Source: a virus (Duplodnaviria > Caudoviricetes). From it: a stretch of DNA of 30,069 nt. Made by a program: the position numbers and the translations under genes. Positions 26,129 through 30,069 of this stretch are shown piece after piece (the first letter of the stretch is position 1; every line of letters starts with the position of its first letter). The notes under the pieces are model-generated. The model did not search any database and was not told where the DNA came from. It worked only from the letters and a program-made list of their open reading frames with translations. The DNA lies in the IMG/VR virus record IMGVR_UViG_3300030372_003225, positions 1 through 30,069 of that record; one strand, 5' to 3'.

Positions 26129-27627
26129 TGATTAAAAAAATATTGGGACCCCCAGGCACAGGAAAAACAAGAACCTTATTAGACTATGTAGATGAATATG
26201 TTAAAAGAGGTATATCATTAAATGAAATAGGATACTTTGCATTTACAAAAAAAGCAGCCAATGAAGCAAAACAAAGAATGTTAGAAAGACATCCTGAGTT
26301 AGAGAAAAAAGATTTAAAATATTTTCAAACTTTACATTCATTAGCTTTTCATACACTAGGATTAAGTGAAGAAAGAGTAATGCAACCAGAACATTATGAA
26401 CAAATAGGAAGTGATTTAAATATAAGAGTCAACTACTATAGGGAAGGAGAAGAAATTTGTTATTTAGATTGTGACAACGAATACTTTAAGCTTATTAATA
26501 AAGCTAGAGTAAAAGGTTATTCTATTGAAAAAGAGTTCAATACTAATGAATGGAGTAGGAATATAGACTTTCCAGTTCTAAATCATATCTATCAATATTA
26601 TTTAGATTTTAAACATGGCAGTAATTTAGTTGATTACACTGATATGTTGGAACTTTTGATAGACAACGCACCGAGCATACCACAGTTTAAGGCTATTTTT
26701 ATAGATGAAGCTCAGGATTTAGCTCCTATTCAATGGAAGGTTTATGATACTTTATTAGACTGTAGTGATGATATGTATTTAGCTGGCGATGATGATCAAG
26801 CTATTTTTGCTTGGGCTGGTGCAGACGTAGATAGGTTTATTACTGAACCGGCAAAAGAAATTGTATTAGATCAATCAGAAAGAATACCCCAAAGGGTGCA
26901 AGAGATATCTAATGTCATTATGAATAGGATACAGGGTTTAAGAAAAGAAAAAATTTATCATCCAAAATTTGATAAACAAACCAAAAAAATAATTGAAGGC
27001 CACACAGAGCCCATTTATTCTTTAGATAATTTAAACTTACAACAGGGCAACTGGCTAATATTGGCACGAACTACTTACAGAGTAAGTGAGATATGTAAAC
27101 AATTAAAACAATCTAATCTTTATTACAATCACTATAGGTTTGGGAAAAGTTTTGACACTAAGTTATTTAGAACGATTCTAAACTGGACTAGTTTAGCAAA
27201 AGGTAAATCAATAAATAGAGCCGACTGTAAGGATATTTTTGATTATTTAAATATAGAATTTAATGAAAACCTAGGTTCTGAAGTAACTATAAAAGATTTA
27301 AATTTTAAAACCGGATTACCTTGGTACGAAGTATTTACTAACGCTGACCAATCAGAATGTTTTTATATTAGAAATATGTTAGCGATGGACGAAAAATTAT
27401 CACAAGATGCGAGAATACAGGTCTCAACAATTCATGCAGCCAAAGGTGGTGAATGTGAGAATGTGGTCTTAGTTTTAGATAATACAAAAAAGATCAGGGA
27501 TTCTATCACAACTAGTTTATTTAAGCAAGATGAAGAACATCGAGTTTGGTATGTAGGTGTGACTAGATCAGCCCAAAATCTTTATATATTAAAACCAAAA
27601 AAAGAAAGGAATGGATACAACCTATGA
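26128..27627 (+). CDS. UvrD/Rep-like superfamily 1 helicase
   Basis: GPPGTGKT, TLHS, IDEAQD, GDDDQAIF, LART, STIHAAKGGE, YVGVTRS. Confidence 0.9.
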   Translation: MIKKILGPPGTGKTRTLLDYVDEYVKRGISLNEIGYFAFTKKAANEAKQRMLERHPELEKKDLKYFQTLHSLAFHTLGLSEERVMQPEHYEQIGSDLNIRVNYYREGEEICYLDCDNEYFKLINKARVKGYSIEKEFNTNEWSRNIDFPVLNHIYQYYLDFKHGSNLVDYTDMLELLIDNAPSIPQFKAIFIDEAQDLAPIQWKVYDTLLDCSDDMYLAGDDDQAIFAWAGADVDRFITEPAKEIVLDQSERIPQRVQEISNVIMNRIQGLRKEKIYHPKFDKQTKKIIEGHTEPIYSLDNLNLQQGNWLILARTTYRVSEICKQLKQSNLYYNHYRFGKSFDTKLFRTILNWTSLAKGKSINRADCKDIFDYLNIEFNENLGSEVTIKDLNFKTGLPWYEVFTNADQSECFYIRNMLAMDEKLSQDARIQVSTIHAAKGGECENVVLVLDNTKKIRDSITTSLFKQDEEHRVWYVGVTRSAQNLYILKPKKERNGYNL

Positions 27628-27872
27628 CAGATCAAGATATGTTTAAAGATGTGTTTCCTCAAAGCAGACAAGTTGGAGGATCTCATTATAAAAATTTTCA
27701 TATTCAACCCTACGAGTTTATTTCAAAAAATAATCTTTCGTTTTTTCAAGGGTGTGTAGTGAAATATGTCTGTAGATATTTACATAAAAGTGGTGTAGAA
27801 GATCTACAAAAGATAATTCATTATTGTGAATTAGAAATTTTAAAATTAAAAGACACTAAAAAGAAAAAGTAA
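27624..27872 (+). CDS. DUF3310 family protein (T7 gp1.7 nucleotide kinase-like)
   Basis: QVGGSHYK, IQPYEF, GCVVKYVCRY, EDLQKIIHY. Confidence 0.75.
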   Translation: MTDQDMFKDVFPQSRQVGGSHYKNFHIQPYEFISKNNLSFFQGCVVKYVCRYLHKSGVEDLQKIIHYCELEILKLKDTKKKK

Positions 27873-27875
27873 ATT

Positions 27876-29732
27876 ATGATTATACCAAAGTTTGAAACCC
27901 AAAAGGAATGGGTAGAGCCAAAAGAATTTCCTGACTTACGACAATGTGATGAAATAGCAATAGACTTAGAAACTAGAGATCCAGATTTAAGAACTAAAGG
28001 ATCGGGTTCTGTAATAGGTAACGGAGAAGTAATTGGTATTGCTGTAGCTGTACCAGGCAAAGCTTTTTATTTTCCAATTGCTCATGGCTCAGGGCCAAAC
28101 ATGGAACGTAAAAAAGTTTTAAAATGGTTTGAAGATATTATGGCAAGTCCTTCTACAAAAATATTTCACAATGCAATGTATGACGTATGTTGGATAAGAA
28201 ATTTAGGTATAAAAATCAATGGTTTAGTGGTTGATACAATGATTGCAGCATCGTTAGTAGATGAAAATAGATTTAGATATGATCTCAATACTTTGTCTTG
28301 GGATTATTTAGGACATGGTAAAAATGAAACTGCATTAAACGAAGCAGCTAAGTCTAGAGGTTTAGATCCTAAAGCAGATATGTGGCAACTACCAGCATTA
28401 GAAGTTGGATTGTATGCAGAGAAAGATGCACAACTTACATTAGAACTATGGCAAGTTTTTAAAAGAGAAATAGTTCAACAAGATATAGAAGATATTTTTA
28501 ATTTAGAAACAGATTTGTTTCCATGTTTAGTTGATATGAAATTTAAAGGAGTTCGCGTTGACGTTGAAAAAGCGAATCAAACCAAGATCCATTTAGCAAC
28601 AAAGGAAGAACAATTATTATTAGATATTAAAAAAGAAACTGGAATACAACCTCAGATATGGGCTGCTAGAAATATTGCAGAAATATTTGATAAGTTAAAT
28701 TTAGATTATGAAAGAACTGAAAAAACTCAAGCACCAAGTTTTACTAAAAATTTTTTGCAAGAACATAAACATCCTTTAGTACAAAAGATTGCTCAAGCAA
28801 GAGAGATTAATAAAGCACATACAACTTTTATTGATACAATTATTAGGTATGAACACAAAGGAAGAATCCATGCAGACATAAATCAAATTAGATCAGATAA
28901 TGGCGGAACTGTGACAGGAAGATTCTCATACTCAAATCCAAATTTACAACAACTTCCAGCTAGAAACAAAGACCTTGGACCTCTAATAAGGTCCTTATTC
29001 TTGCCTGAGGAAGGCCATACATGGGGTTGTTTTGACTATTCTCAACAAGAGCCTAGGTTGGTAGTGCATTATGCCTCTTTGCATCAATTTCCGTCTGTTT
29101 ATGAAGTAGTGGAAGCTTATCAAGATGATGTAAGCACAGACTTTCACCGGACAGTAGCAGACATGGCTAAGATACCTAGGTCCCAAGCTAAAACAATTAA
29201 CTTAGGATTGTTCTATGGGATGGGTAAAACAAAATTACAAGCAGAACTTGGTGTAACTAAAGAACGTGCTAAAGAATTATTTGATCAATACCATGCTCAA
29301 GTGCCGTTTGTTAAACAACTCATGAACAGTGCATCTAACAGAGCACAAGAACGAGGACAGATTAGAACTTTACTAGGTCGTCTGTGTAGGTTTCATTTAT
29401 GGGAACCAAATAGTTTTGGAATGCATAAAGCATTGAGTCATGAAGATGCACTCAGAGAACACGGACCAGGGATTAAAAGAGCGTACACATACAAAGCTTT
29501 GAATAAATTAATTCAAGGTAGCGCTGCTGACATGACAAAAAAATGTATGTTAGATCTTTACAAGGAAGGTATATTGGCTCATATACAAATACATGATGAA
29601 TTAGATATATCTGTTGAAAGCCCAGAACACGCTAAAAAAATAGTTGAGATTATGGAAAATGCTGTTACACTGGCTGTCCCAAATAAAGTAGATTATGAAT
29701 CAGGAAACACATGGGGAGATATCTACGATTAA
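27876..29732 (+). CDS. polA: Family A DNA polymerase with 3'-5' exonuclease and no 5'-3' exonuclease; Leu762 type
   Basis: Exonuclease motifs DLET, FHNAMYD, YAEKDA; TGRFS..PNLQQ; motif A DYSQQEPR; motif B RSQAKTINLGLFYG; motif C IHDE. Confidence 0.95.
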   Translation: MIIPKFETQKEWVEPKEFPDLRQCDEIAIDLETRDPDLRTKGSGSVIGNGEVIGIAVAVPGKAFYFPIAHGSGPNMERKKVLKWFEDIMASPSTKIFHNAMYDVCWIRNLGIKINGLVVDTMIAASLVDENRFRYDLNTLSWDYLGHGKNETALNEAAKSRGLDPKADMWQLPALEVGLYAEKDAQLTLELWQVFKREIVQQDIEDIFNLETDLFPCLVDMKFKGVRVDVEKANQTKIHLATKEEQLLLDIKKETGIQPQIWAARNIAEIFDKLNLDYERTEKTQAPSFTKNFLQEHKHPLVQKIAQAREINKAHTTFIDTIIRYEHKGRIHADINQIRSDNGGTVTGRFSYSNPNLQQLPARNKDLGPLIRSLFLPEEGHTWGCFDYSQQEPRLVVHYASLHQFPSVYEVVEAYQDDVSTDFHRTVADMAKIPRSQAKTINLGLFYGMGKTKLQAELGVTKERAKELFDQYHAQVPFVKQLMNSASNRAQERGQIRTLLGRLCRFHLWEPNSFGMHKALSHEDALREHGPGIKRAYTYKALNKLIQGSAADMTKKCMLDLYKEGILAHIQIHDELDISVESPEHAKKIVEIMENAVTLAVPNKVDYESGNTWGDIYD

Positions 29733-29741
29733 AGGAGATAA

Positions 29742-29843
29742 ATGGAAAACATTAAAGTAAAATGCCAGAAGATCTGGCTAGATCATAAACACTGTATCAT
29801 TAGTGCTGTAGTAGGTGTAATAGTCGGCGCAATACTATTCTAA
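29742..29843 (+). CDS. 33-aa membrane protein (not in ORF track)
   Basis: MENIKVKCQKIWLDHKHCIISAVVGVIVGAILF*; AAGGAG RBS; C-terminal hydrophobic helix. Confidence 0.7.
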   Translation: MENIKVKCQKIWLDHKHCIISAVVGVIVGAILF

Positions 29844-29877
29844 ACTACAAAAATTAATCACATAACCGGAGAGTATA

Positions 29878-29964
29878 ATGTTAAGAATGAAACACATTAT
29901 TGCTAAAATAAAATCTATTAAAGAAAAAATTAAAAGTTGGTTTAGCAATAGAAAAGTTAAGTAA
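29878..29964 (+). CDS. 28-aa cationic amphipathic peptide (not in ORF track)
   Basis: MLRMKHIIAKIKSIKEKIKSWFSNRKVK*; GGAG RBS; the stop abuts the next ATG. Confidence 0.55.
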   Translation: MLRMKHIIAKIKSIKEKIKSWFSNRKVK

Positions 29965-30069
29965 ATGAATTTAGTAGATCTGTTAAAAAAAAACATAGTA
30001 ATGGTACCTATTGTTGCATCACTAGTTGTTGGAACATTTACAGGGGTCCGTTACATAGTTAATCTTACA
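29965..30069 (+). CDS. 5' part of a membrane-anchored protein (partial)
   Basis: MNLVDLLKKNIVMVPIVASLVVGTFTGVRYIVNLT..., open to the window end. Confidence 0.65.
   Translation, partial: MNLVDLLKKNIVMVPIVASLVVGTFTGVRYIVNLT

Noticed and set aside
23508-29186. Short ORFs 23508..23693, 24270..24506, 24292..24540, 27821..28060, 28995..29186
   Set aside because: They overlap conserved replication genes or run through the terminator hairpin, with no independent support.
3-30069. Genome-wide stop-codon reassignment (prompted by the in-frame TAG at 159-161)
   Set aside because: Long genes are intact under the standard code, and TAG ends several genes at natural boundaries (5709, 6908, 15231, 24464).

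Overview
This is an AT-rich, densely coding window from a tailed dsDNA phage with podovirus-like gene content. Composition and gene order resemble marine Pelagibacter (SAR11) phages that carry a family A polymerase; the host is my inference. 1-5709 holds two tandem, diverged copies of a three-gene tail/receptor-binding cassette (Ig-like protein, LamG+SPRY protein, beta-rich '-TAR' protein). 5713-9842 holds tail, nozzle and small virion genes. 9915-20407 holds internal virion (ejection-type) proteins. 20419-20984 holds a membrane protein and a SpeD-like pyruvoyl decarboxylase. 20981-22611 on the minus strand holds a small ORF and a SNF2-like helicase. 22680-29732 is the replication module (SSB-like protein, AEP primase, UvrD-like helicase, DUF3310 protein, Leu762 PolA), followed by tiny membrane/cationic ORFs. 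Three observations stand out. (1) A motif [K/A]-x-G-G-R-[I/V]-[G/K]-[F/Y]-x-x-G divides the 937-aa internal protein into modules and recurs in two other internal proteins, suggesting a double-glycine polyprotein processing or cargo-targeting system. (2) The tail cassette looks like one ancestral protein split into three genes, with possible strand complementation or readthrough. (3) Conserved motifs of the duplicated tail cassettes use GC-rich synonymous codons. No terminase, portal, major capsid, integrase, tRNA or CRISPR array was recognised. All family assignments come from motif recognition by eye, not from database searches.
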